Shown one piece after another: positions 20,547-29,854 of a stretch of DNA of 64,000 bases. The first letter of the stretch is position 1; each line of letters starts with the position of its first letter. The position numbers and the translations under genes were made by a program. The DNA comes from Patescibacteria group bacterium. GTDB taxonomy: Bacteria > Patescibacteriota > Patescibacteriia > UBA2591 > UBA6264. The stretch spans positions 22,048 through 86,047 of the forward strand of contig JADHVF010000003.1 in the NCBI GenBank assembly GCA_016784145.1. Reading direction: 5' to 3'. Under the pieces are notes generated by a model. The model ran no database searches, was not told the DNA's origin, and saw nothing but the letters and a program-made list of their open reading frames with translations.

Positions 20547-21481
20547 TTCTTTTATACATAACCGTAATCTTGGTTGCTTCGATTGCTCTTGTGAAAAGCA
20601 CTCAAGCAATAATAAAAACAATGGACTACATTGCTAAATATTTTCATATTCCTGAGTTCGTAATTGCTTTCATTCTAGCTGGGATTATTACTTCTTTCCC
20701 TGAACTTTTTATAGGAATAACCTCAGCAATTAATAATACCCCTGTGCTTGGTTTTAGTAATGTTATTGGATCAAATATTGCTGACTTAACATTAATTTTA
20801 GGATTGATTATTATTTTAGCCAGAGGGATAAAATATGAGTCAAGAATTATTTCGCAAAATATTATCTACACATTTATTTTAATTATTTATCCAATCTTAT
20901 TAGCATCTGATGGGCTAGTGTCAAGAATTGATGGAGTCGGGTTGTTAATTATTTTTATTTTATATAATGTAATCCTGTTTTTTCAAAGCCAAGATTTTAG
21001 TAAAACTTTTTCAGGGGCTAGAAGAAAAGATTTAATAAAAAACATCTGGATACTTAGTATTAGCATAATTTTTATAATAATTAGCTCAAGTATTATTGTT
21101 AAGATGTCTCAGATTCTTGCTTTAAAAATAAATGCATCATTATTTGTAGTTGGTTTATTTTTAGTTGCAGTGGCTACTTCTTTGCCAGAACTAACACTTG
21201 GCATAAAGTTAATATCTGAAAAACGAAAAGAAATAATTATAGGAAATATATTAGGGTCTTTAGCTGCTAATTCAACCGCCATTATCGGCATCATAGCCAT
21301 AATATCTCCTATCATGATAAAAACATATAAAGAATTTTTGAGCAGTGTTATTTTTATGATTGCCTCTTATTTCATCTTTGTTTGGTTTTCCAAAACAGAC
21401 AAGGGTTTTACGAAAAAAGAAGGATTGATTTTGTTATTAGCTTATATTAGTTTTATTATTATTCAATCTTTGATAAAATAA
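20543..21481 (+). CDS. Ca2+:cation antiporter (CaCA/YrbG family)
   Basis: Two alpha-repeats GSNIADLTLILG and GNILGSLAANSTAII. ATGA overlap with upstream ATPase. Confidence 0.7.
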   Translation: MILLYITVILVASIALVKSTQAIIKTMDYIAKYFHIPEFVIAFILAGIITSFPELFIGITSAINNTPVLGFSNVIGSNIADLTLILGLIIILARGIKYESRIISQNIIYTFILIIYPILLASDGLVSRIDGVGLLIIFILYNVILFFQSQDFSKTFSGARRKDLIKNIWILSISIIFIIISSSIIVKMSQILALKINASLFVVGLFLVAVATSLPELTLGIKLISEKRKEIIIGNILGSLAANSTAIIGIIAIISPIMIKTYKEFLSSVIFMIASYFIFVWFSKTDKGFTKKEGLILLLAYISFIIIQSLIK

Positions 21482-21485
21482 CAAT

Positions 21486-22775
21486 ATGTATATATATTTA
21501 AAAAACATTACTAAACATCTAAACAAGGAAGTTGTTCTTAAGGGGTGGGTTTTTAATTTTCGATCAGCTGGTTCTCTTTATTTTATTCAATTCAGAGACG
21601 GCACAGGAGAAATTCAGGGCATAATATCAAAAAAAGATATTGACAATCAGTCATGGGAAAATTGTAATAAATTAACAATTGAATCGTCTATAAAAATACA
21701 AGGCAAAGTTTATGCTGACAAAAGATCTCCGTCTGGATATGAAATGCAAGTAAATAAAATGGAAATCATCTCTGTGGCCGAAGAATACCCCATCGGAAAA
21801 AAAGCTCATGGTTCTAATTTTCTAATGAATAATAGACATTTATGGGTTAGGTCAAATAAACAAAGAGCTATTTTAAAAATAAGAGATGAAGTCATATTTT
21901 CTATTCGTTCATTTTTTAAAGAACAGGGCTTTATTCTAACTGATTCTCCTGTTTTAACTCCCACTTCATGCGAAGGCACAACTAATCTTTTTAAAACAAA
22001 ATACTTTGACAAAAATGCATTTTTATCTCAAACAGGACAATTGTATATTGAATCACTAATATATTCATTCGGCAAAGTTTATGATTTTGGTCCAACTTTT
22101 AGGGCTGAAAAATCGAAAACACGCCGACATTTAACAGAATTTTGGATGATGGATGCAGAAGCCGCCTTTGTTGAACATCAAGCTAATATGAAAACACAGG
22201 AAGAGTTGATTGCATGGATAATTAAATGGGTGCTTAAAAATTGTTCCAAAGAATTAGCCATAATAGAAAGAGACATTACTTTATTAAAAAAAATAAAAAC
22301 TCCATTTCCTGTTGTCACTTACAAAGAAATGATAACTGAATTACAAAACCAGGGAGTAAAAATAAAAATGGGAGACGATTTTGGTGGAGACCATGAAACA
22401 ATCATATCATCAATGTTTAACTCACCAGTGTTTATTGAAAAATATCCAGCTAAAATCAAGGCATTTTACATGAAGCCTGATTCAATAAATTCAGAATTTG
22501 TTTTAAACAATGATTTAATTGCCCCAGAAGGATATGGAGAAATTATTGGTGGCTCTCAAAGAATTGATGACGTAGACACATTAAAGAAAAAAATAAAAGA
22601 ATTTAAGCTCGACCCAAAACCATTAGAATGGTATATTGACTTAAGAAGATATGGTTCCGTGCCACACTCTGGTTTCGGATTAGGATTAGAGAGAATCATC
22701 ACTTGGATTTGCAAATTATCACATGTTAGAGAGTCTATTCCATTTCCAAGATTGATAAATAGACTAAATCCATAA
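21486..22775 (+). CDS. asnS: asparagine--tRNA ligase (class IIb)
   Basis: OB anticodon-binding N-domain. FRAEKSKTRRHLTEFWMMD (motif 2), GGSQRIDD, GFGLGLERI (motif 3). 429 aa. Confidence 0.6.
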   Translation: MYIYLKNITKHLNKEVVLKGWVFNFRSAGSLYFIQFRDGTGEIQGIISKKDIDNQSWENCNKLTIESSIKIQGKVYADKRSPSGYEMQVNKMEIISVAEEYPIGKKAHGSNFLMNNRHLWVRSNKQRAILKIRDEVIFSIRSFFKEQGFILTDSPVLTPTSCEGTTNLFKTKYFDKNAFLSQTGQLYIESLIYSFGKVYDFGPTFRAEKSKTRRHLTEFWMMDAEAAFVEHQANMKTQEELIAWIIKWVLKNCSKELAIIERDITLLKKIKTPFPVVTYKEMITELQNQGVKIKMGDDFGGDHETIISSMFNSPVFIEKYPAKIKAFYMKPDSINSEFVLNNDLIAPEGYGEIIGGSQRIDDVDTLKKKIKEFKLDPKPLEWYIDLRRYGSVPHSGFGLGLERIITWICKLSHVRESIPFPRLINRLNP

Positions 22776-22784
22776 GAACAACAT

Positions 22785-22813
22785 TTGACACAAACTTATA
22801 ATTATGATATAAT
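22785..22813 (+). promoter_or_regulatory. strong sigma70-like promoter TTGACA-17-TATAAT with extended -10 (TGaTATAAT)
   Basis: Exact consensus hexamers at 22785-22790 and 22808-22813. Confidence 0.55.
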
Positions 22814-22820
22814 ATAAATA

Positions 22821-22880
22821 ATGAAATATATTAAAAAAATAAATAATAATAATGATGATAACCGTTTCCAGCGGACTTGA
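22821..22880 (+). CDS. candidate leaderless leader peptide MKYIKKINNNNDDNRFQRT (Asn/Asp codon run)
   Basis: ATG 7 nt after the -10. 5 Asn and 2 Asp codons. Stop TGA overlaps the 5' arm of a potential antiterminator. Confidence 0.3.
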   Translation: MKYIKKINNNNDDNRFQRT

Positions 22881-22913
22881 TTTGTTATTAAAGCAACACA
22901 AAAACAACCAATG

Positions 22914-22936
22914 TCCGCTAAATAGGCGGATTTTTT
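22914..22936 (+). terminator. intrinsic terminator / attenuator hairpin upstream of tRNA-Asn
   Basis: TCCGC-taaatag-GCGGA + TTTTTT. Alternative pairing AGCGGAC(22869-22875)/GTCCGCT(22913-22919). Confidence 0.5.
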
Positions 22937-22947
22937 AGTATCATTGT

Positions 22948-23020
22948 TCTCCCGTAGTTCAATTGGCAGAACGCTACACTGTTAATGTAGATGTTGCAAG
23001 TTCGAATCTTGCCGGGAGAG
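22948..23020 (+). tRNA. tRNA-Asn (GTT)
   Basis: Canonical cloverleaf, anticodon loop CTGTTAA, T-arm GCAAG-TTCGAAT-CTTGC. Confidence 0.85.
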
Positions 23021-23129
23021 CAATGCTACTAAACACTATCAATGTCAGTCCCTGACAAGTATCTAGTGAAAAGAAATAACAAGAGATTTCTGTTTGAATA
23101 AAAATACATGTATGGTATAATAAAAACAT

Positions 23130-24533
23130 ATGAAAAGAATTTGGGCTAAGCAAGCAACAAAAAAAATTAACTCAACTATTAAACTTTGTGGTTGGATTAA
23201 TACAAAAAGAAGCATGGGAGAAATTGTATTCATTGACCTAAGAGATAGGTCTGGAATAATACAAATTGTTTTTGTTGAAAAAGAACTCGACCAAGAATCA
23301 AGACAAACAATCAAAGAGATTAGAAATGAATTTGTAGTTGAAATAGAAGGAATCGTGAACAAGCGACCTCTTAATCAAATAAATAAAAACATTGTTTGCG
23401 GAGAAATAGAGGTGTTGGCTAAAAAAATAACCATATTAAGCAAAGCAAAAACTCCTGTATTTGAAATTAACAACGAAAAACTTCAAGCAAATGAAGAAAT
23501 GCGCTTAAAATATAGATACTTGGACCTGCGACATGAACGCATGAAAGATAATCTTGTTCTTAGACACAAAATAACAAAAACTATTCGTGATTTTTTAGAT
23601 AAAGAAGATTTTCTAGAAGTTGAAACACCTATTTTAACCAAAGGGACGCCTGAAGGAGCTAGAGAATACATTGTGCCCTCTCGACTTTATCCAGGAGAAT
23701 TTTACGTATTACCACAAGCACCGCAACAATTCAAACAACTCTTAATGGTCGGGGGCATTGAAAAATATTTTCAAATAGCTCGCTGTTTTAGAGACGAAGA
23801 CACTAGAGGAGATAGACAGCCTGAATTTACTCAAATCGATATAGAGATGAGCTTTATTTCACAATCAGACATACTAGATTTAATAGAAAAAATGATTATA
23901 GAAATTATTAAAAAAACATCTCCTCAAAAAAAAATAACTAAAATTCCTTTTCCAAGAATTACTTACAAACAAGCAATGACAAAATATAAGTCAGACAAAC
24001 CTGACATACGACAAAATAAAAATGATAAAGATGAATTAGCTTTTTGTTTTATCACTGACTTTCCTTTGTTCTCACCCACTAATTCTAAAAAAGGACTAAC
24101 CTCAACTCATCACCCTTTTACGTCTCCGATTAAGAAAGATATTAAAACGTTTGTTGATGACCCTCTTAATGCAACTGCCCTCCAGTATGACCTTGCTTGC
24201 AATGGAATGGAGTTAGGAGGCGGTTCAATCAGGATACATAAAAGAGAAACACAAGAAAAAATATTTAAAATATTAAAATTATCAGACAAAGAAATCAAAA
24301 GAAGATTTAATCATCTTTTGAATGCTTTTGAATATGGCGTTCCTCCTCATGGAGGAGTTGCCCTTGGCTTGGATAGAATTGCGATGATGTTGGCTAATGA
24401 AAAAAATATTAGAGAAGTAATTGCTTTTCCAAAAACATCTGATGCTAGAGATTTAATGATGGGAGCCCCAAGTGAAATACCAGCTAAACAAATCAAAGAA
24501 TCAAATATCAAAATTATTAATGAAAAAAAATGA
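23130..24533 (+). CDS. aspS: aspartate--tRNA ligase, bacterial-type catalytic core but lacking the GAD insertion (467 aa)
   Basis: FRDEDTRGDRQPEFTQIDIEMSF, GGGSIRIH, GLDRIAMMLA motifs. Confidence 0.8.
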   Translation: MKRIWAKQATKKINSTIKLCGWINTKRSMGEIVFIDLRDRSGIIQIVFVEKELDQESRQTIKEIRNEFVVEIEGIVNKRPLNQINKNIVCGEIEVLAKKITILSKAKTPVFEINNEKLQANEEMRLKYRYLDLRHERMKDNLVLRHKITKTIRDFLDKEDFLEVETPILTKGTPEGAREYIVPSRLYPGEFYVLPQAPQQFKQLLMVGGIEKYFQIARCFRDEDTRGDRQPEFTQIDIEMSFISQSDILDLIEKMIIEIIKKTSPQKKITKIPFPRITYKQAMTKYKSDKPDIRQNKNDKDELAFCFITDFPLFSPTNSKKGLTSTHHPFTSPIKKDIKTFVDDPLNATALQYDLACNGMELGGGSIRIHKRETQEKIFKILKLSDKEIKRRFNHLLNAFEYGVPPHGGVALGLDRIAMMLANEKNIREVIAFPKTSDARDLMMGAPSEIPAKQIKESNIKIINEKK

Positions 24534-25426
24534 ATATTTTAATTTCTGCTTTTAAAAATATTTTTCGAAATTTTTGGCTATCAATAGCAAGCATAGTAAT
24601 TATTCTCTTAATGCTTTTCTCTATAAGCTTAATCTATACAATAAATACAATCAGCCAAACAATGCTTGAGTCCTTTGAACAAAAAATGGATTTAAGCATT
24701 TACCTCAAGCAAAATATCAATCAAGATACAATTGAATCACTTAAAGCAGAATTAAAAAAACTTGAACAAGTGAAAGAAATTAAATACTTAAACCCAGCTG
24801 AATCGCTTGAAAAATTTAAAGAAAGGCACAAGGCCAACCAGGATATCTTAAATTCGCTTGAAGAACTAGGAGAAAATCCACTAGGAGCAACAATTACTCT
24901 AAAATTTCAAGACCCAACTGCCTATCAATCAGTTTTATCAATAATTAGCAACCCAAATTATGAAAAAATAATTCAAGACCAAGATTTTCATGATTATCAA
25001 AAATTAATAGATACTTTTAATAATTTTAATAGAAAAATATATTTTATTGGGTCATTTATTAGCATATTATTTTTGTTAATATCTTTGCTAGTTATTTTTA
25101 ATTCTATTAAATTAGGAGCTATTCACAAACAAGAAGAAATACAAATAATGAGATTAATGGGAGCCACTTCGTGGCTTATTAAGGCTCCGTTCTTAATAGA
25201 AGGCATTATTTATGCCACATCAGCATGGATACTGAATGTTCTAATTTTGGCTGGAATATCATGGTCAATAGAATCTCGTATTCAAAAATTTTTAGAAATA
25301 GATTTTAATATTTATGAACAATTAGAAACAAATGGAATTAGTTTTCTATTTATTCTGTTAATATATGCTGTTATAATTTCAATAACTGGCAGTAGTTTAG
25401 CTATAAAGAAATATCTAAAATTTTAA
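24530..25426 (+). CDS. FtsX-like ABC-transporter permease (cell division)
   Basis: N-terminal TM helix, large extracytoplasmic loop, three C-terminal TM helices. MRLMGATSWLIKAPFLIEG motif. Confidence 0.6.
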   Translation: MNILISAFKNIFRNFWLSIASIVIILLMLFSISLIYTINTISQTMLESFEQKMDLSIYLKQNINQDTIESLKAELKKLEQVKEIKYLNPAESLEKFKERHKANQDILNSLEELGENPLGATITLKFQDPTAYQSVLSIISNPNYEKIIQDQDFHDYQKLIDTFNNFNRKIYFIGSFISILFLLISLLVIFNSIKLGAIHKQEEIQIMRLMGATSWLIKAPFLIEGIIYATSAWILNVLILAGISWSIESRIQKFLEIDFNIYEQLETNGISFLFILLIYAVIISITGSSLAIKKYLKF

Positions 25427-26481
25427 TGAAAATAAAAGAATTTGATTATTTTCTTCCTAAAAAAAATATTGCTCAATCACCATGTAAGCCTCGAGATAAT
25501 GCGAGGCTTATGATTTTAGATGTAAAGAATAAATCCATTAAACATGACTATTTTTATAACATTCATAAATATTTAAAAGCCACAGATGTATTGGTGGCTA
25601 ACAACACAAAAGTTATTCCAGCTCGTATTTATGGCAAAAAAATAAATAAAAATTCCTTGGAAGGAAAAATAGAAATTTTATTATTAAAACAAATAAAACT
25701 ACCTGCTAGAACGTGCTCTTGGGAAGCAATGGCAAAGGGACGAATCAAGGCAGGCAAGCAAGTTGAATTTGACAAAGAATTAATTGGTATTTTCAATAAA
25801 AAAATAACAAAACAAACCTGGCAGATTAACTTTAACTTAAGCAATGATAATTTTATTAAAAAAATAAATAAAATAGGCCAAACCCCAACCCCTCCATACA
25901 TAAAACAGCTGTCTAATTTAAAAGAATACCAAACAATATATGCGGTTCATCCTGGGTCAGCTGCTGCCCCAACAGCAGGATTCCATTTTACAAAAAAATT
26001 AATAACCAAAATAAAAAATAAAAAAATCTCATTTGAATTTATCACTCTTCACGTTGGCTTAGGAACATTCCAGCCAATAAGAACTAATAATATTAAAGAA
26101 CATAAAATTCATCCTGAATGGGCATCAATAAATATACAGACCAAAACAAAACTAAATAAAGCTAAACAAAATAACCAAAGAATAATAGCAGTCGGCACCA
26201 CCACAACCAGGGCAATAGAATCTTTTGCCAGTCCAGACAAATTATTGCGTTCAAGTAAAAAATGGGTAGATCTTTTTATTGTGCCTGGATATAAATTTAA
26301 ATTTATTGACGGCTTAATCACTAACTTTCATCTACCAAAATCAAGCTTGTTAATGATGGTGTCTGCTTTGGCTGGCCAAAAATTCATACTAAAAGCATAT
26401 AAGCAGGCAATTGTCAAAAATTATAGATTTTATTCATTTGGTGATGCAATGTTTATAAAAAACTTTAATAATATTGATTAA
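25426..26481 (+). CDS. queA: S-adenosylmethionine:tRNA ribosyltransferase-isomerase
   Basis: N-terminal FDYFLPKKNIAQSP...RDNARLMIL and overall length typical of QueA. Confidence 0.7.
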   Translation: MKIKEFDYFLPKKNIAQSPCKPRDNARLMILDVKNKSIKHDYFYNIHKYLKATDVLVANNTKVIPARIYGKKINKNSLEGKIEILLLKQIKLPARTCSWEAMAKGRIKAGKQVEFDKELIGIFNKKITKQTWQINFNLSNDNFIKKINKIGQTPTPPYIKQLSNLKEYQTIYAVHPGSAAAPTAGFHFTKKLITKIKNKKISFEFITLHVGLGTFQPIRTNNIKEHKIHPEWASINIQTKTKLNKAKQNNQRIIAVGTTTTRAIESFASPDKLLRSSKKWVDLFIVPGYKFKFIDGLITNFHLPKSSLLMMVSALAGQKFILKAYKQAIVKNYRFYSFGDAMFIKNFNNID

Positions 26482-26522
26482 GCTTGATTTTTTTTAAAAA
26501 AAAAGTAAAATAAAAATATATT

Positions 26523-26594
26523 GGCCAGGTAGCCAAGTGGTAAGGCATGTGTCTGCAAAACACTTATACGCGGGTTCGATTCCCGTCCTGGCCT
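26523..26594 (+). tRNA. tRNA-Cys (GCA), CCA encoded (to 26597)
   Basis: Acceptor GGCCAGG/CCTGGCC, anticodon loop CTGCAAA. Confidence 0.8.
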
Positions 26595-26632
26595 CCATAA
26601 AGCGATAATTAATTAATAATTATTAATAATGT

Positions 26633-27556
26633 ATGGAGAGAAAAAAATTTATAATTATTGATGCTTCTGCCACATTACATCGATCATGGCATGCTATTCC
26701 AAAATTAACCGACCCAAAAGGTCGGATAATTAATGCTGTTTATGGATTTACTGTATTATTACTAAAACTAATAAGAGAACAAAACCCCGAGTACATTGTA
26801 GTTGCTCTTGATACAAAAGGGCCAACTTTTAGACACAAAAAATACAAAGAATACAAAGCCGGCAGGACAAAACAACCACAAGAATTTTATGACCAATTTC
26901 CAATCATGAAAAAAGTGTTAGATTGTTTTTCAATTCCTTATTTTGAAAAAAAAGGACTAGAGGCAGACGACATAATAGGGACTATTACAAATAAAATAAA
27001 TAAAAAAAATACCGACTTTATTATTATAAGTAGCGATGCTGATTTATTTCAATTAATCAACAAAAATTCATTTGTCTATTATTTAGGACATGGAATTTCC
27101 AAGGCAAAAATTTATAAACAAAAGGATATTATTAAAAAATTTGGCATACTACCAGAACAGTTAGTAGAAATGAAGGCATTAACAGGCGACCCAAGTGATA
27201 ATATTAAGGGAATAAAAGGCATTGGGCTGAAAACAGCTACTAATTTAATAAAAGAATTTAAAAATATTGAAAATCTTTATAAATATTTAAAAAAACAAGA
27301 AACAATGTCTTCTAAAAAACCCTGCCTGCCAAAGCCTTTAGTAGAATTACTTATAAAAAATAAAAAAAATGCTTACTTGTCAAAAGAGCTTGTAACTATT
27401 GAAAAAAATATCAAAAAATTATCTCTTGATAAAATAAAACCATTTAATGAAACAAATTTAAATGAAATTAAAAAAATTTTTGAAAAATTAGGATTTAATA
27501 ATCTTTTAAAAAAAATTGCCAAGCAAGGACTTGGACAAAAAAATAAATTATTTTAA
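26633..27556 (+). CDS. 5'-3' exonuclease / flap endonuclease (Pol I N-terminal domain homolog)
   Basis: LTGDPSDNIKGIKGIGLKTA H3TH motif, acidic metal-binding residues. Confidence 0.75.
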   Translation: MERKKFIIIDASATLHRSWHAIPKLTDPKGRIINAVYGFTVLLLKLIREQNPEYIVVALDTKGPTFRHKKYKEYKAGRTKQPQEFYDQFPIMKKVLDCFSIPYFEKKGLEADDIIGTITNKINKKNTDFIIISSDADLFQLINKNSFVYYLGHGISKAKIYKQKDIIKKFGILPEQLVEMKALTGDPSDNIKGIKGIGLKTATNLIKEFKNIENLYKYLKKQETMSSKKPCLPKPLVELLIKNKKNAYLSKELVTIEKNIKKLSLDKIKPFNETNLNEIKKIFEKLGFNNLLKKIAKQGLGQKNKLF

Positions 27557-27561
27557 TTATT

Positions 27562-28329
27562 ATGCTTACTTTTTTTTACGGAAATGATGTAATAAATTCA
27601 AGGCAAGCCTTGAATAAAAAAATAAATGATGAAAAACAAATATCAAATTTGGATGTATTAAATATTTCTGGAGAAAAAGTAACAATTGACAACTTACGAA
27701 AAAAAACTTTGACAAATAGAATGTTCTCAAGAAAAAAAATAATTATTATTGAACGGATAATCACAGAAAATGAACTACTAAAAGACAAGCAAGCAACAGA
27801 AGAAATAATAAATATCTTGAAGCAATTTAAAGGCAAACAAAATATCGACAAGACCATTATTGTTTGGGATGAAAAAATCGAAGAAAGAAAACTAAATATA
27901 AATCAAACAAAAATATTAAAAATATTGAAACAAGCTGATAAAATAACTAAATTTGAAATACCAGAAAAAACATGGAGCCTAGTTGATGCCATAATAGATA
28001 AAAATAAAATTACAGCAATCAAACTTCTGTCTCAAGAAATAAATAAAAAAAATTTTAATCAATTTCTATCTATTTTGTCTTCTCAATATATATCAATCAT
28101 AAAAATAAAAGAATATATTAGTGCCAAACAAAACTACTCCATAGAAACAATGGCCAAAGAATTATCATTGCATCCATTTGTTTGTAAAAAATCATTAACA
28201 AGAGCAAATAATTACAAAGCAAATGAATTAAAAAAAATCCATCATAAACTTTTAATGATAGATCTCTGGAGTAAAACCAAATCAATTAACCCAAAAATTC
28301 TTTTAGAGTTATTTGTATTAAAAAATTAA
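27562..28329 (+). CDS. holA: DNA polymerase III delta subunit-like (HolA)
   Basis: Length and C-terminal helical pattern (WSLVDAIIDKNKITAIKLL) resemble HolA. Weak. Confidence 0.4.
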   Translation: MLTFFYGNDVINSRQALNKKINDEKQISNLDVLNISGEKVTIDNLRKKTLTNRMFSRKKIIIIERIITENELLKDKQATEEIINILKQFKGKQNIDKTIIVWDEKIEERKLNINQTKILKILKQADKITKFEIPEKTWSLVDAIIDKNKITAIKLLSQEINKKNFNQFLSILSSQYISIIKIKEYISAKQNYSIETMAKELSLHPFVCKKSLTRANNYKANELKKIHHKLLMIDLWSKTKSINPKILLELFVLKN

Positions 28330-28331
28330 TT

Positions 28332-28604
28332 TTATTTTTTAATTGTAAGTTCTTTTAACTTTTTATATAATCTAGATTTTTTTCTTGCACCAGTATTCTT
28401 TTTTAGCGTTCCTTTCTGAATTGCTTTATCAATTTCTTTTTGTAATTTTAAATACAATTCTGAAGCTTTCTTTGTGTTTTTAGCTAAAACTAATTTCAAA
28501 AATTTCTTTTGTGTCCACTTTATGGTGGCTTTTCTTTTTTTGTTTCTAATTTGTCTTTTATTTGACTGCCTCAAGGCTTTGATGGCAGATTTTTTAATTG
28601 GCAT
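28332..28604 (-). CDS. rpsT: 30S ribosomal protein S20
   Basis: MPIKKSAIKALRQSNKRQIRNKKRK, all-helical basic protein. Confidence 0.8.
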   Translation of the reverse strand: MPIKKSAIKALRQSNKRQIRNKKRKATIKWTQKKFLKLVLAKNTKKASELYLKLQKEIDKAIQKGTLKKNTGARKKSRLYKKLKELTIKK

Positions 28605-28616
28605 ATAATATATGGT

Positions 28617-28886
28617 TTAAAATTGCTCCTCTTCTTCAAGCATGCTTGATTCTTTTTCTATTAACTTGTCCCATTGATCTCTACCATCAATCAATATCTT
28701 TAATCTTGACTTAAAATCTTCATTAAACTCTTTTATCATTTTCGGGTCTTTAATAAAAATTTCACACAAATCTTCCATAGCTGGTTCTGGCAAGATAGGT
28801 AAAAAAATCAATAAATCATTTTGATCTTCAGCTGAAATATTTGAAGAAACAATAATATTTTTTATTTTATCTAAAATCTTAGACAT
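28617..28886 (-). CDS. small acidic hypothetical protein (paralog 1)
   Basis: Shares E-x-I-x-K/E-DP and LK-x5-RD-x3-LI-x-K blocks with the adjacent ORF. Confidence 0.4.
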   Translation of the reverse strand: MSKILDKIKNIIVSSNISAEDQNDLLIFLPILPEPAMEDLCEIFIKDPKMIKEFNEDFKSRLKILIDGRDQWDKLIEKESSMLEEEEQF

Positions 28887-28905
28887 TTATTTTTGCATTC
28901 AAAGC

Positions 28906-29172
28906 TTAATTTGAATCTTTAAGAAAAGATGGATTTTTTCTAATTAAATCAGCCATATCTCTACTGTATAAAAATACTTTCTTTAAATTGGATTCTGGAT
29001 ATTTCTTGATTTCATCCATGTTGCGAGAATCATTTTCAGTAAACAAATTTAAAACTTCCTGACTAGGGTCTTCCCATCTTTCAATAATTTGTTCAATTAT
29101 TTTGCCAGTGCTTTCTTTTTCTTGACTGGGAGCTTCTGGCATTTGCTCTGGTTGATTGAAGGAAAATTTCAT
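28906..29172 (-). CDS. small acidic hypothetical protein (paralog 2)
   Basis: See paralog 1. 88 aa. Confidence 0.4.
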   Translation of the reverse strand: MKFSFNQPEQMPEAPSQEKESTGKIIEQIIERWEDPSQEVLNLFTENDSRNMDEIKKYPESNLKKVFLYSRDMADLIRKNPSFLKDSN

Positions 29173-29251
29173 ATAATTTCTAAAATATAATCCCCCTCTC
29201 CTCTAATTAATTATCTTTAACTTAATAAGAGTATATAACATTTAAATTAAC

Positions 29252-29280
29252 TTGTCAATATTAATATAAAAACCTATAAT
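29252..29280 (+). promoter_or_regulatory. sigma70-like promoter TTGTCA-17-TATAAT immediately upstream of ruvA (leaderless or near-leaderless)
   Basis: TTGTCA 29252-29257. TATAAT 29275-29280. ruvA ATG at 29288. Confidence 0.45.
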
Positions 29281-29287
29281 TATTATC

Positions 29288-29854
29288 ATGATATATGCTA
29301 TTTTTGGAAAAATTTTAGCCAAGCAAACCAAGACAATAATACTTGAAGTAAATAATTTATTTTTTGAAATTTTTGTTACAAATTCTTTTATAAACAAAAC
29401 AAAAATAGACCAAGATATTAAATTGTTTACTTATTTAGCCGTAAAAGAAGAAGCATTTCAATTATATGGATTTGAAAGCGAAGAAGAGTTGAATTATTTT
29501 AAATTATTAAAAAAAATCTCTGGCATCGGACCCAAGTCAGCCATAAATATTTTATCTTTAGTTGGTATAAATAATTTGGAAAAAGCAATTTTAGAAAAAG
29601 ATTCTAACGTACTAACAAAAGTATCTGGAATTGGATCTAAAATTGCTGAAAAAATTATTTTAGAACTAAAAGGAAAAATCAAAGCAACAATTAAAACTTA
29701 TACATCTATTGATGATGAAACAACAATCGATGCACTAACAAGTCTAGGATATTCCATGCAAGAATCTAGGCAAGTAATAAAAAAAATTCCAGATAATATG
29801 ATAAATGCTGAAGATAGAGTTAAACAAGCATTAAAAATTTTATCTGGAAAATAA
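29288..29854 (+). CDS. ruvA: Holliday junction branch-migration protein RuvA
   Basis: OB N-domain, HhH motifs ISGIGPKSAINILS and VSGIGSKIAEKII. Confidence 0.8.
   Translation: MIYAIFGKILAKQTKTIILEVNNLFFEIFVTNSFINKTKIDQDIKLFTYLAVKEEAFQLYGFESEEELNYFKLLKKISGIGPKSAINILSLVGINNLEKAILEKDSNVLTKVSGIGSKIAEKIILELKGKIKATIKTYTSIDDETTIDALTSLGYSMQESRQVIKKIPDNMINAEDRVKQALKILSGK

Noticed and set aside
22776-22947. T-box or riboswitch leader upstream of tRNA-Asn/aspS
   Set aside because: The leader is only about 120 nt. It has no T-box specifier or antiterminator bulge consensus (AGGGUGGNACCGCG-like). A peptide-based attenuator fits better.
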